In this document: one piece after another, positions 1 through 9,976 of the stretch | Layout: each line of letters begins with the position of its first letter | How positions within the stretch are numbered: position 1 is the first letter of the stretch | Assembly (NCBI GenBank): GCA_965237525.1 | Contig: CBDEFO010000007.1 | Span: forward strand, 288,001 to 352,000 | Direction of reading: 5' to 3' | Source of the DNA: Candidatus Latescibacterota bacterium | GTDB lineage: Bacteria; Latescibacterota; CBDEFO01 | DNA: 64,000 bases | The notes under the pieces: generated by a model | Databases searched by the model: none | Seen by the model: the letters and a program-made list of their open reading frames with translations, nothing else | What the model was told of the DNA's origin: nothing | Made by a program: the position numbers and the translations under genes

Positions 1-418
1 CTCTGTCGCCTCTATCTACCGTGCCAAGACTGTATTCTGTTTGGCAGAATATCGTACGAGTCGGGTTGTATGTTAGAAACACATCCAGGAGAAACTCCGT
101 TCGGCCTGCACTCACCTTGAAATCGGGGGTCAATCCTCCTACCTGCGGGTGATACTTCGGATTCAACTGCATTCGGAAGAGCAACTCATGGGCTACGAGT
201 TCATGAATGAGTGCATCGATGTCTGTCTCGTCTGCCTTCTGGACTCTTGTCAGAATCTGAGATTGCGTCTTCTGCTCAAGTCTCTCAAAACACTTGGCAA
301 TGAAATTCCGTGTCTCCGTAGCTGCCCGGCCAGGGTCATTTGCCAACCATGCTGCCCAAGGGGATTTGTTCAGGTTTCGTCGCAGATATTCGATGAACAC
401 TTTTCGATCTATTGTCAA
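1..418 (-). CDS. Edge-truncated hypothetical protein, possible PD-(D/E)xK nuclease-like fold
   Basis: Manual translation (absent from the ORF track): TTG at 418, open to the window edge; MTIDRKVFIEYLRRN...HELVAHELLFRMQLNPKYHPQVGGLTPDFKVSAGRTEFLLDV. Confidence 0.55.
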   Translation of the reverse strand, partial: MTIDRKVFIEYLRRNLNKSPWAAWLANDPGRAATETRNFIAKCFERLEQKTQSQILTRVQKADETDIDALIHELVAHELLFRMQLNPKYHPQVGGLTPDFKVSAGRTEFLLDVFLTYNPTRTIFCQTEYSLGTVDRGDR

Positions 419-606
419 ATTTCAGTTAACTTGCTTATATCCGAACTATGTCACATATCTTTCCATTTTCCTGTGCTATCCGAAGTTTGGACCTACATTA
501 CTCTGGGTGAACTCCAGGACATCCACCTTTTCGGTTTTCAGTCCCCGGTTGATGCTATCGGGGATTCATCTTTTGTCGATAGATTATCGTAAATCGCACT
601 GTTCCC

Positions 607-1731
607 TTAGGTCTCAATCGGGACGGATTTTGCGGATGATTTCCTCTTCGTCGCTCTGATGTGCTTTGGTTTTCCTCTTTGGCGGCGGGACTTTATGAGT
701 TCTGCAACTATGCTGACCGCTATCTCTTCTGGGTTATCGGCATTTATGTCTATGCCGATGGGGCCGTGGACGGCGTCAAGTAGCTCTTTTGGAATGCCTC
801 TTTTTTCGAGCTTTTTCCACATAAGGGCTATTTTCCTTGTGCTGCCTATCATCCCTATGTATCTGGCTTCGGTCCAGACTGCCTGCTCGATGACCTTTTC
901 ATCCCATTGGTGTCCCCTTGTGACGGCGACAAGATAGGATGAGTCGTCTATTAGGAGCTTTTCCACGACGCCGTCGAACTCATCTACTATGACCTCGTCG
1001 GCATCGGGGAATCTCTCGAAGTTGGCAAAGAAGGGCCTGTCGTCTATTATGACGATCCTGAACCCTGCTGTCTTGGCAATTCTTCCTATGGCTTTTGAAA
1101 CGTGACCTCCTCCGAATATATAGAGAGTGGGATCAGGGAGGATGGCTTCGAGGAATACTCTGAAGGTTACATCACTGTCGGGCTGGTGTATGTCTATATC
1201 GAGGACTTTGAGTGTATCTTCGTCCACCACACTCTGGGCTTCCTCTTCGATTCGGCGGTCGAGCTCTTCTGAACCGAGTGTCCCTATTGTATCTCCATCC
1301 CTTTTTACGAGCATCTTTCTGAGTTCTTTGGGATCTTCGGAGACCAGCGTGGCAAGCGCGGCGTACCCTCTTTCTGATTTAAGCTTTACTATCTCTCTGA
1401 AAATCTCGTTAGAACCTTCGGAGGATATGGGCTCTGTAAAGATCTCTACGCTGCCGCCGCAGTTCAGGCCTTCTTCTCCGGCGTGCTTTTCTGTCAGGAT
1501 AAAGCTTTGGAGTCTCGGGGTTCCCTCTGCCATGACAGTCTGGGCCTCCCTCCAGACCTCAGCTTCCATGCAGCCTCCTCCGACTGTTCCTACGATCTTG
1601 CCGTCGCTTTTGGCAAGCATTTTGGCCTTTTTGCTCATAGGCAAAGAGCCGAAGCTGGAGACTATGGTGGAAAGGGCACCCTTTTCGCCTCTTTCTATTA
1701 GATTTATGAGTTCTACAAATACTTCTTCCAT
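607..1731 (-). CDS. xdhC: XdhC/CoxI-family molybdenum cofactor maturation factor
   Basis: GTVGGGCME, GLNCGG, FGGGHVS, VTRGHQWD, YIGMIGS and NPEEIAVSIVAE motifs; lies at the end of a Mo-hydroxylase operon. Confidence 0.92.
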   Translation of the reverse strand: MEEVFVELINLIERGEKGALSTIVSSFGSLPMSKKAKMLAKSDGKIVGTVGGGCMEAEVWREAQTVMAEGTPRLQSFILTEKHAGEEGLNCGGSVEIFTEPISSEGSNEIFREIVKLKSERGYAALATLVSEDPKELRKMLVKRDGDTIGTLGSEELDRRIEEEAQSVVDEDTLKVLDIDIHQPDSDVTFRVFLEAILPDPTLYIFGGGHVSKAIGRIAKTAGFRIVIIDDRPFFANFERFPDADEVIVDEFDGVVEKLLIDDSSYLVAVTRGHQWDEKVIEQAVWTEARYIGMIGSTRKIALMWKKLEKRGIPKELLDAVHGPIGIDINADNPEEIAVSIVAELIKSRRQRGKPKHIRATKRKSSAKSVPIET

Positions 1732-1782
1732 CTTAATTATTCACCTCCGGTAAACTGGGCGAATACATGTCTGCACCCTGAT

Positions 1783-4140
1783 TTATCTTCGTCTTTGCCG
1801 AGTGGGTCCCCTGCTTTTTAGGGATTTGACTATCTTTTCGGGAGTAATTGGAAGTTCTTTGATTCTGACTCCGACGGCGTTGTATATGGCGTTTGCTACC
1901 GCTGGTGTGGCGGGGATTATGGATTGTTCTCCAACGTCTTTGGAGCCGTACGGTCCATCGCCGGTTTTGTCCTCTACGAGTATGGCTTCGATCTGAGGCA
2001 CATCCAGGGCGCAGGGTATCTTGCCACTTAGTGCGTTGCTGCCTGCCTCCGTAGCGAAGTGGTTGGGGTATTCATCTAATATGGCCTGTCCTATGCCCTG
2101 GACAGCTCCGCCCTGGATCTGCCCTTCGACACAGAGGGGATTCAAGGCGAAACCCACGTCCTGGGCTGCAACGAAGCGCAGGATCTTGACAAATCCAGTT
2201 TCGGGATCTACTTCAACGTCGGCTATCTCTGCTACGAAGGCGGGCTCATCGGGGAGGTCGCCGACCGATCCGATGCCCATTACAGGACCTATCTTGGGGT
2301 TTGAAAGGCTTATCTTTATAAGTTCACCTATGCTTATCTTTTTCTTCGATGAGCTCTTCAGATAGACGTGACCTCCTTTGAGTTCGAGATCGCTCCTGCT
2401 GGCTTCAAGTCTCTCGACAGCAAGGTCGAAGAGCCTTCTCTTAAGGTCCCGTGAAGCTTTTCTCACGGCCCTGCCCACAGCTCTTGTGCCCGTGCTGCAT
2501 GCGCTGGATGTCGAATGGGGTGCAGAATCGGTGTCCAGCGTGGTGATCGTGATATCTTCCACGGAGACACCCATCTCCTCAGCAGCGATCTGGGCCAGGG
2601 CTGTATCTGAGCCTGAGAGGTCTATGGCGCCTGTGTTGACGCAGACTGTGCCGTCTTGGTTGAGTTTGATGTACACGCTGGAGGCGAGTCCCTTCGAAAG
2701 CCAGTATCCGCATCCGATACCTCTTCCCCGACAAGGGTCAGTCGCCGACCCCCTTCCGAGTTTGCGGCTCTTTAAGCCCCCTGCGCGCTTCAAAGCTGCT
2801 CTGAATGTCCGGTACATTCCATCGCCTTGAAGGGTTTCGCCTGAAAGGGGCATATCGAAAGAACTTTTTGCAGAGAAGGGGAGTCGGTCGCCTTTTCTTA
2901 AGAAATTCTTGAGTCTGATTTCAACAGGACTAAGGTTCAGTTTTGCGGCTATCTCCTCTATTTGAGTTTCGATGGCAAAGCAAATCTGGGGATGTGCAGA
3001 GGCGCGGTATCCTCCGCAGCTTTGCTTGTTGGTATAGACGCAGTAGGCTTCTATTTTAAGATTGGGGATCCTGTAAGGCCCTGCACCGCTCTGGGAGCCT
3101 GTCTGGGTGGTGATGGGACCGTAGCCGCTGTAGGCTCCGGTGTCGAAGATCATCTTCATCTTTCTGGAAAGAAAAGTCCCGTCTTTTGTTACGCCGGTTT
3201 CGATTTCGACATGGACGGGATGTCTCGGTCTGGAGCAGAGGAAACTTTCTCTTCGAGTCAGGACAATTTTGACAGCGCGTCTGGCTTTGAGGGCTAAAAG
3301 GGCGCAGGACGGCTCTATCAGGGGGGTAAGATCTCCTCCGAAGCCGCCTCCGACGGCAGCAGGGATGACTCTGATCTTTGTCATGGGTATCTGGAGTGCC
3401 TTTGAGAGCACTTCTCTTACTAGGAAGTGCCCCTGTGTGGAGGTCCAGATGGTGAGTTTGCCGTTTTCATCCACATCGACAAGGACTGCATGAGGCTCGA
3501 TTCCGGCGTGATAAAACACGGGGATTCTGTACGTATCTTTGAAAACGTAATCTGATCCTTTCAATCCTGCTTGGACATCTCCCTGCTCCAGGACGTAGAA
3601 TCCGAGTACGTTTCTCCGTTTTCCTTTTCCCGGTTGATTGGAGTTCCCCAAAGGTATCGAAGAACTTTCTGGGGAAAAGCAAAATTCGGTCTGGTATTCA
3701 CTTAAGTGTTTGTGGATTACGGGAGCGTCGGGCTCGATGGCTTCCGAGGGGTCTTGTACAGAGGGGAGAACCTCGTATTGCACTTCTATATGTTCTATTG
3801 CATCCTCGGCTGTGGATAGGTCTTTAGCGGCGACAGCGGCGATGCTTTCCCCCTGGTAGCGGACTTTGTCTTTTGCGAAGATGCGGGCGTCTTTGTATAT
3901 CCCTCCAAAGAGGACATTGGGCGCGTCTTTATATGTGGTAAGGGTTACAACACCGGGCAGAGCTTGGGCGCGGGATGTATCGATGTCCAGTATCCTTGCG
4001 TGCGGATGGGGACTTGTTAATATCTTCCCGTAAAGCATTCCGGGGAGTTTGAAGTCCGATGCGTATTTCAATTGTCCTGTGAGCTTGGAGGCGCCTTCGA
4101 GTCTGGGTATAGATTTTCCGACTACGGATAGGTCTGGCAT
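1783..4140 (-). CDS. Xanthine oxidase-family molybdopterin-binding large subunit (CoxL/CutL-like), substrate unknown
   Basis: SPHPHARI, STQG, VGGGFGG, EGQIQGGAVQGIG, GPYGSKDVGE, VANAIYNAVGVR. Confidence 0.92.
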   Translation of the reverse strand: MPDLSVVGKSIPRLEGASKLTGQLKYASDFKLPGMLYGKILTSPHPHARILDIDTSRAQALPGVVTLTTYKDAPNVLFGGIYKDARIFAKDKVRYQGESIAAVAAKDLSTAEDAIEHIEVQYEVLPSVQDPSEAIEPDAPVIHKHLSEYQTEFCFSPESSSIPLGNSNQPGKGKRRNVLGFYVLEQGDVQAGLKGSDYVFKDTYRIPVFYHAGIEPHAVLVDVDENGKLTIWTSTQGHFLVREVLSKALQIPMTKIRVIPAAVGGGFGGDLTPLIEPSCALLALKARRAVKIVLTRRESFLCSRPRHPVHVEIETGVTKDGTFLSRKMKMIFDTGAYSGYGPITTQTGSQSGAGPYRIPNLKIEAYCVYTNKQSCGGYRASAHPQICFAIETQIEEIAAKLNLSPVEIRLKNFLRKGDRLPFSAKSSFDMPLSGETLQGDGMYRTFRAALKRAGGLKSRKLGRGSATDPCRGRGIGCGYWLSKGLASSVYIKLNQDGTVCVNTGAIDLSGSDTALAQIAAEEMGVSVEDITITTLDTDSAPHSTSSACSTGTRAVGRAVRKASRDLKRRLFDLAVERLEASRSDLELKGGHVYLKSSSKKKISIGELIKISLSNPKIGPVMGIGSVGDLPDEPAFVAEIADVEVDPETGFVKILRFVAAQDVGFALNPLCVEGQIQGGAVQGIGQAILDEYPNHFATEAGSNALSGKIPCALDVPQIEAILVEDKTGDGPYGSKDVGEQSIIPATPAVANAIYNAVGVRIKELPITPEKIVKSLKSRGPTRQRRR

Positions 4141-4149
4141 CTATAATCC

Positions 4150-4620
4150 TTATAATTTTCTGGCTCGGCTTACGGAAGCTATAGCTTCTACAATCTTGGT
4201 GTAGCCGCTGCAACTACACAGATTTCCAGCTATCCCCATTCTGATCTCCTCTTCTGTCGCTTTGGGGTACATTTCGAGGAGGTTTTTGGCTGCAAGCACC
4301 ATTCCGGGTATGCAGAATCCGCACTGGATGCCGCCGTATTCGGCAAAGGCCTGCTGAATCGGACTCAATTTATCCGGACTGGCGATTCCTTCTATGGTCG
4401 TGATATTCTTTCCTTGGGCTTCCACAGCGAGGATAAGACAGCTATTGACGAGCAATCCGTCCATTATTATACTGCAGGCCCCGCATTCGCCGGAACCGCA
4501 TCCCTCCTTTGCACCGGTTAGATCAAGTTCGTCACGAAGAAAGTCCAAAAGCGTTATCTGATGTTCAGCCAAGCCCTCTCTTTTCTCTTTATTTACAGTA
4601 AGCTCGATCAAGTATTTCAT
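4150..4620 (-). CDS. [2Fe-2S] small subunit (CoxS/CutS-like)
   Basis: GCGSGECGAC, NSC, QCGFCIPG, GNLCSCSGY. Confidence 0.95.
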   Translation of the reverse strand: MKYLIELTVNKEKREGLAEHQITLLDFLRDELDLTGAKEGCGSGECGACSIIMDGLLVNSCLILAVEAQGKNITTIEGIASPDKLSPIQQAFAEYGGIQCGFCIPGMVLAAKNLLEMYPKATEEEIRMGIAGNLCSCSGYTKIVEAIASVSRARKL

Positions 4621-4667
4621 TTCGATTCGTCTAAATTATTAAGTTGGGGAGGTGCACTTTCTATTGG

Positions 4668-5540
4668 CTACTTTGTTTTCGCCTCCTCCAGTGCTCTGCA
4701 GAGGACTCTTTTTGTGAGGACCTTGACTAACTCCCTTCGGTATTCGGCTGTGCATCTTCTGTCGTCTGTGGGCTTTGCCTCTCTTGAGGCTATCAGGGCT
4801 GTATTTGCTATTGCTTCGGGGGTAAGTGTCCTGTCTTTCAGGGATCTTTCGGCCCTTTTAGCTCTTATAGGTTTGGAAGCGACAGCCCCGAGCGCGATTC
4901 TTACGTCGGCGCAAATCGCCTCGATCCTTCCCAATACTACCGTTGCTGCTGCGTTGACGAGGCTCGTATCTATTGCGCCTCTGGCCTGTCTTGCAAAGGC
5001 TGCTCCTGTGCGCTTTCTGGGATTGGGGATATGTATCTCTGTCAAAAGTTCGGATTTTCTAAGGGCGGTCTTGCCCGGTCCCTTGAAGAATTCGTCGGCT
5101 GCAACCCATCTTTCGCCTTTTGGTCCAGCTATTTTGAAGCCGGCCCCAAAGGCTATAAGGGCAATTGCAGGTTCCGATGTGGGGGAGGCGTTGCAGAGAT
5201 TCCCTCCTATGGTGCCTCTATTTCTGGTCTGTATTGAACCGATCTTATTGACGGCTTCTGCAAGGGCACTGTAGTGATCCCGAACGGGTAGAGATTCTGT
5301 GATTTCTCTGTATGTGATTAAAGCTCCGATTCTCATGCCGTTTCTGGTGTTGTATTTTATGTATTTTAGGTTGGGGATCTTTTTAATGTCCACTACATAA
5401 ACAGGTGTGATCTTTCTCTGGCGCATCAAAAGTACCAGGTCTGTACCTCCGGCAAGGATTTTAACTTTGCCGCCGTATTTTAGAAGCAGCGATACGGCTT
5501 CATCGAGGCTTTCAGGCTCAAGGTACTGGAATCGCTTCAT
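4668..5540 (-). CDS. FAD-binding medium subunit (CoxM/CutM-like)
   Basis: AGGTDL, QTRNRGTIGGNLCNASP; start moved to ATG 5540 (MKRFQYLEP), which follows a GGAGGG RBS. Confidence 0.92.
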   Translation of the reverse strand: MKRFQYLEPESLDEAVSLLLKYGGKVKILAGGTDLVLLMRQRKITPVYVVDIKKIPNLKYIKYNTRNGMRIGALITYREITESLPVRDHYSALAEAVNKIGSIQTRNRGTIGGNLCNASPTSEPAIALIAFGAGFKIAGPKGERWVAADEFFKGPGKTALRKSELLTEIHIPNPRKRTGAAFARQARGAIDTSLVNAAATVVLGRIEAICADVRIALGAVASKPIRAKRAERSLKDRTLTPEAIANTALIASREAKPTDDRRCTAEYRRELVKVLTKRVLCRALEEAKTK

Positions 5541-5650
5541 GCGTCCCTCCATTATGAGAAGGATTGGAGTTGAGGTAGAATTTCGGTTTTTCCTGTTCAG
5601 CCACCAAGGCACAAAGACAATAAATTTGTGTCATTGTGGCCTACCTTTAA

Positions 5651-6881
5651 TCAACTCCATGTCCTTTTGAGGGTCCTTCCCAGATTTAAGAGGCTCTCCA
5701 AGTTGTGCGCCGGGAGGAAATAATCTACATAGCTCAGCGATGTCTTCATTCCGGCGCAGAGGGGCTGATAATCGGGATTCCCCAAGAGTGGATTGAGCCA
5801 GATTATCCTGTAGGCTCTCCTCTTTAAAAGCTCCATTTCTCTTTTCAGAAGGTCCGTTCCTCCCCTGTCCCAGCCGTCACTAACTATTATGACGACGGTT
5901 TTGGAGTTGATCAAGTCTCTACCGAATTTGGAATTGAATTCTAAAGAGGCATTTGCCGATGTTCGTGCCGCCCGACCAGTCGGGTGTCCTTTCAAATATC
6001 TTTCTTAGAGATGTCTCGACTTCCACCGTGCTTAGCAGGTCAGTGATGACTGTTAGTCTGGTGCTGAAGACTGCTACTTGAGCGTCGGGGATCTCCTTCT
6101 GGATGCCGTACATAAACTGAAGGACGAATCTGGAGTAGAAGTCCATTGAGCCGCTGACATCGCATATCAAGGCCAGTTTGTTCTTTTTTATCTTTCTTCT
6201 CTTCTTGATGATTTCGATGGTGTCCTTACCATATCTTATGTTTTTGCGCCAGGTACGGCGAAAGTCAACCTGGCCTCCTTTGATACTGGGCCTTCTTCTG
6301 CGACTAAGTTTGGTGGCTATATTCGGGGCTAATTTGGCTATGGTTCTCCTTGTATCCTCTACCTCTTTTTCGGAAAGCTTGTCAAATGCCTTTTTGGCGA
6401 GGGTCTCGTCGGGGCTGTAGCTTACAGTTTGGTTTTCTTTGTCGCTCCCTTCCTGTGGATCGTTTGACCGTTCGGTCAACTGTATGAACTCGGATTTGCG
6501 ACCTGTATGGTCGATAATCTGATCTTCCTCCTGCACTAGTTTATCGTCTACTGGCTCTGTGGATGGAAGGTGTTCCCAGGAGGTCTGGAAGACTCTGTCG
6601 AAGGTCTCTATATCCTCTACTCTGGAGATGAGATTGGCTTTAGCTGTATGGTAGAAGTCCCTCCTATCTCTAATATCTACGCAGTCGAAGCTCCTGAAAA
6701 GGTCTATCATGCGGCCCGAGGTGACCTCAATTCCGGCTTCTCTAAGGGTTCTGACAAAAGAGAGAATCCATCCCAACAGGCTGTGCCGCTCCTGTTTTAC
6801 CCCAAGAAGTTCTTCGACCACCTCACGTTTTCTTATCACTTTCTCCTCACTACCGGCGGGAAGCGGGTGGTAGCAATGCAC
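5651..6881 (-). pseudogene. CoxE-like VWA-domain protein split by a +1 frameshift near 5945
   Basis: DVSGSM, VFSTRL and WSGGTNIG lie in ORF 5919-6881; SDGWDRG and WLNPLL lie in ORF 5651-5995; deleting one T in CTCTTTAGAA joins them. Confidence 0.85.
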
Positions 6882-6920
6882 GCAGTGCCCAGGCCGCCTT
6901 TTTGGAGATCCCTTTCTGGA

Positions 6921-7883
6921 TCAATCGGATCTGGTTGTGCGGTTTGCGGGTCCTTGGGAGAATATGGGAGCGTGGCCAAGGATGTTCTCCTTTCCGACGG
7001 TGATTTTGACTCTGTCTATGATCGTGGGAAGTCCTTCCTGTCGTATCTTCTGGACGTCGTCCTGGTATTTGAATATGCAACCTAAAGTGGCGTCTGTCGT
7101 CTCAGAGTCCAGATCGCTGATCCCGAGCGAGATGAGGGCAAGACCCCAATCTATAGTCTCAGCTATGCCCGGACGCTTGTAGAAGTCTCTTGTCCTCATC
7201 AACTGCATGAAGGAACATATCTGCTTATTAAGTTTCTCTTCTATGCCTGGAACTTTGGTCTTGACGATTTGGAGTTCCTTTTCGACGGTCGGATAGTCTA
7301 TCCAAAGATAAAGGCATCTGCGCTTAAGGGCATCGTGAATTTCTCGTGTGCGGTTTGACGTGAGGACAACATATGGTACCGTTGGGGCTTTTATGGTCCC
7401 TATTTCGGGGATTGTAATCTGGAAGTCTGAAAGGATTTCTAATAAGAAGGCTTCAAATTCGTCGTCAGTTCGGTCTATTTCGTCTATTAGTAGGACAGGG
7501 GGCTTCCCGTCGTTTTGTATGGCCTCCAAAAGGGGGCGTTTGAGGAGGAAATCCTGGCTGAATATCACCTTTTCCGTTTGTTCTCTAAGTGTGTCTTCGG
7601 GTTCAGCAAGCCTTATGGCGAGCATCTGCTTGGGGTAGTTCCACTCGTAGAGAGAGGTGTTGACGTCGAGTCCCTCGTAACACTGGAGGCGTATAAGCTT
7701 GGTGTTGAGGACCTTGGACATTACCTTGGCAACTTCAGTCTTGCCGACGCCCGCTTCTCCCTCAAGGAAAATAGGCTTTTTTAGAGAGTCCGCGAGATAC
7801 ACTGTGGTGGCAAGTGATCTATCGCTGATATAGCCCGCCTCCGAAAAAGATTGTTGAACCTCTTCTATAGATTCGAACACCAT
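6921..7883 (-). CDS. CoxD-like MoxR AAA+ ATPase
   Basis: GEAGVGKT Walker A, RLQCYEGLD, LLIDEID Walker B, DALKRRC. Confidence 0.93.
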   Translation of the reverse strand: MVFESIEEVQQSFSEAGYISDRSLATTVYLADSLKKPIFLEGEAGVGKTEVAKVMSKVLNTKLIRLQCYEGLDVNTSLYEWNYPKQMLAIRLAEPEDTLREQTEKVIFSQDFLLKRPLLEAIQNDGKPPVLLIDEIDRTDDEFEAFLLEILSDFQITIPEIGTIKAPTVPYVVLTSNRTREIHDALKRRCLYLWIDYPTVEKELQIVKTKVPGIEEKLNKQICSFMQLMRTRDFYKRPGIAETIDWGLALISLGISDLDSETTDATLGCIFKYQDDVQKIRQEGLPTIIDRVKITVGKENILGHAPIFSQGPANRTTRSD

Positions 7884-8296
7884 ATACTTTTGATTTCTCC
7901 GTTGAATTGCTGTTGCAAGGATATGTCTATTTTCTTAAGGAATTTATGAAAGTTAGAAAATAGAGGGACAGAGTCGGTACAACCTAAACATACGGCCAAA
8001 ACGAGGCTTAGTCAAGGACAATTCGTCCAAGTGGAAGGCCGCTCGCTGTAGTAATATAACAGGATAACTGGATCTTACCAAGCATCTTTTCAGAGTATGT
8101 CAGATCCCTAAAAGGGGAACTGCTGACAGAATTAGTCTTGACATGGACCGATTTCACTTGACTTTAAAGCAGAACTTTCATAAGTTGACGTGGTGGACAA
8201 CCCATACATCGGGAGGCTATTTCAGAAAATCCAAAACTGTTCTTGTCAGATGGTAGAAATCTTCGACATCAGTAATTCATAAGTTGCAAAAACTAC

Positions 8297-8325
8297 TTGA
8301 CCTTTGCTGTTTAATTTTCTATATT
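8297..8325 (+). promoter_or_regulatory. Sigma70-like promoter for the plus-strand gene run
   Basis: TTGACC-17 bp-TATATT in the divergent intergenic region. Confidence 0.5.
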
Positions 8326-8420
8326 TGAACTCGCAATAGAGAATTTCCAAGAATCAGGAAACTTTTAGAAGTCTATTGCTTCTAAAGTCCTATAGCTGAT
8401 AGACAAACGGGGGGACATCT

Positions 8421-8921
8421 TTGGAAGGAGTTTTGAAAGTGAGAAGACTTTTGATATGTCTGATAGCGATTCTATCTGTTTGGGGGTTGTCGTACGGGGA
8501 ATTAGGGGTAAAGCCTGAGGCTTTGAACGTGCCAAAGGAAAGTGCTCCTGGGATCAATCTTGACAGGGTGGGGAAGACCCTGGGTGGACTAAAGGGGTTG
8601 CTGGACCCGCAGAGGCTGTCTAGGTCGCAAAGCTACAGCATGGGTTTTTATTCGGGTAGCGGATCGAGCGGAATGGAGGGGATATATCTGAATAAGATGG
8701 AGTACAGAGCCTCTAACGCTCTTTCATTCAAAATGGACGTCGGCTTTCTCTACGGTTCAGGATCGCTCTTCAATCGGCTATCGGGACCAAATGAGGGTAA
8801 GATAGTGATTCCGAGGATGGGCTTTGAATACAGACCGACGAGCTATTTTAGTATCAGGATGGAGTACAGCAATCTTCCGGGGAGATATTACCGGTATAGA
8901 GACGATCTTTTGGATCGCTGA
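8421..8921 (+). CDS. Hypothetical secreted protein
   Basis: N-terminal signal-like segment (likely start GTG 8439); beta-strand-like C-terminal half. Confidence 0.65.
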   Translation: MEGVLKVRRLLICLIAILSVWGLSYGELGVKPEALNVPKESAPGINLDRVGKTLGGLKGLLDPQRLSRSQSYSMGFYSGSGSSGMEGIYLNKMEYRASNALSFKMDVGFLYGSGSLFNRLSGPNEGKIVIPRMGFEYRPTSYFSIRMEYSNLPGRYYRYRDDLLDR

Positions 8922-8986
8922 AAGGAGCGGAGCGAAGATTGACTGGGACTTTAAGTTGGATATGGTAAGTTAGGATTTTTTCTATA

Positions 8987-9025
8987 AGGGACTTACGCAT
9001 TTTTTGCGGTTGTCCCTTTTCTTGT
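8987..9025 (+). terminator. Possible intrinsic terminator
   Basis: AAGGGAC..CGCA / TGCG..GTCCCTT imperfect hairpin followed by a T-rich run. Confidence 0.4.
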
Positions 9026-9049
9026 TAGTGGGATGAAGGTTCTTTCAGG

Positions 9050-9508
9050 ATGTCTCAAGGGCATAGAAAGGAAAGGAAAGGGGAAAAAGTCTCAAGACTC
9101 CTTGTGCGGTCGGTTCTAGTCCTTCTTGCGGCGATATGTGTCTTATCTGTCGGAATATCGCAAAGGGGAAAAGATCAGACGGTTGCGTGGGAGCATAGTG
9201 GCTCTCAGGTCATCCGCTTGGAGGTTCTGAACGGATGTGGCACGAATGGAATAGGGAGGACAATTGGTGATTTCTTAAGACTTGAGGGGTTCGATGTCCT
9301 AAGTGTGGCTAACGCTCGAAGCTTCGATTTCCCCGAGACTATTGTGGTAGATAGAAAGGGATCGATAAAAAGCGCTGAAAGGGCCGCAAGGGCGTTAGGG
9401 ACAAAAAATTGGATTCAGCAGATAGACCCGGATCGCTACAAAGTGGTGGATGTGTCTGTTGTGGTGGGCAAGGATTACAGAAAACTTTTGATAGATCTGT
9501 CTGATTAA
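9050..9508 (+). CDS. LytR C-terminal domain membrane protein
   Basis: N-terminal TM segment, then EVLNGCGTNG and VSVVVGKDY. Confidence 0.85.
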   Translation: MSQGHRKERKGEKVSRLLVRSVLVLLAAICVLSVGISQRGKDQTVAWEHSGSQVIRLEVLNGCGTNGIGRTIGDFLRLEGFDVLSVANARSFDFPETIVVDRKGSIKSAERAARALGTKNWIQQIDPDRYKVVDVSVVVGKDYRKLLIDLSD

Positions 9509-9540
9509 CGGGACATCCATTATATTATGGAGGTGATTTT

Positions 9541-9930
9541 TTGGGACTCAATACGCTGGATGTTTTGGACGTTCTGGTGGAATTAGCAAGGTCTAAGGGC
9601 GCAGAAGATATAGTGATTATGGATCTAAGGGATGTGACAGATACTACAGATTATTTTGTGATATGTACTGGGAATTCGGACGTTCACATAAGGACCCTGA
9701 CGGACAGCCTCATAGAGGGGATAAAGAAGGCGGGCGAAAGGCCGTGGTACGTCGAGGGCTACTCCAATCTAAGGTGGGTTTTGATAGATTTTGTGAACGT
9801 GGTGGTTCACATATTCGGTCGACAAGCGCGCCAGTTTTACGCTCTGGAAAGGTTGTGGGGCGACGCACAGATAGAGCGGGTAGATGATGGCGAGAAGGTG
9901 ATGGATAGGGAAAAGACGGCATTTTGTTGA
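9541..9930 (+). CDS. rsfS: Ribosome silencing factor
   Basis: KGAEDIVIMDL, DYFVICTG, WVLIDF, RQFYALERLWGDA. Confidence 0.95.
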   Translation: MGLNTLDVLDVLVELARSKGAEDIVIMDLRDVTDTTDYFVICTGNSDVHIRTLTDSLIEGIKKAGERPWYVEGYSNLRWVLIDFVNVVVHIFGRQARQFYALERLWGDAQIERVDDGEKVMDREKTAFC

Positions 9931-9976
9931 ATCGGTAACGGCCTCTTCTTTTTTCGGCACAATAGTAGGGTTCTTT

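Noticed and set aside
149..659. Plus-strand ORFs 149-592 and 294-659, and the many short opposite-strand ORFs across the track
   Set aside because: They shadow well-supported genes on the other strand and have no motifs.
1783..4140. Aerobic CO dehydrogenase CoxL
   Set aside because: Lacks both AYRCSFR and AYRGAGR.
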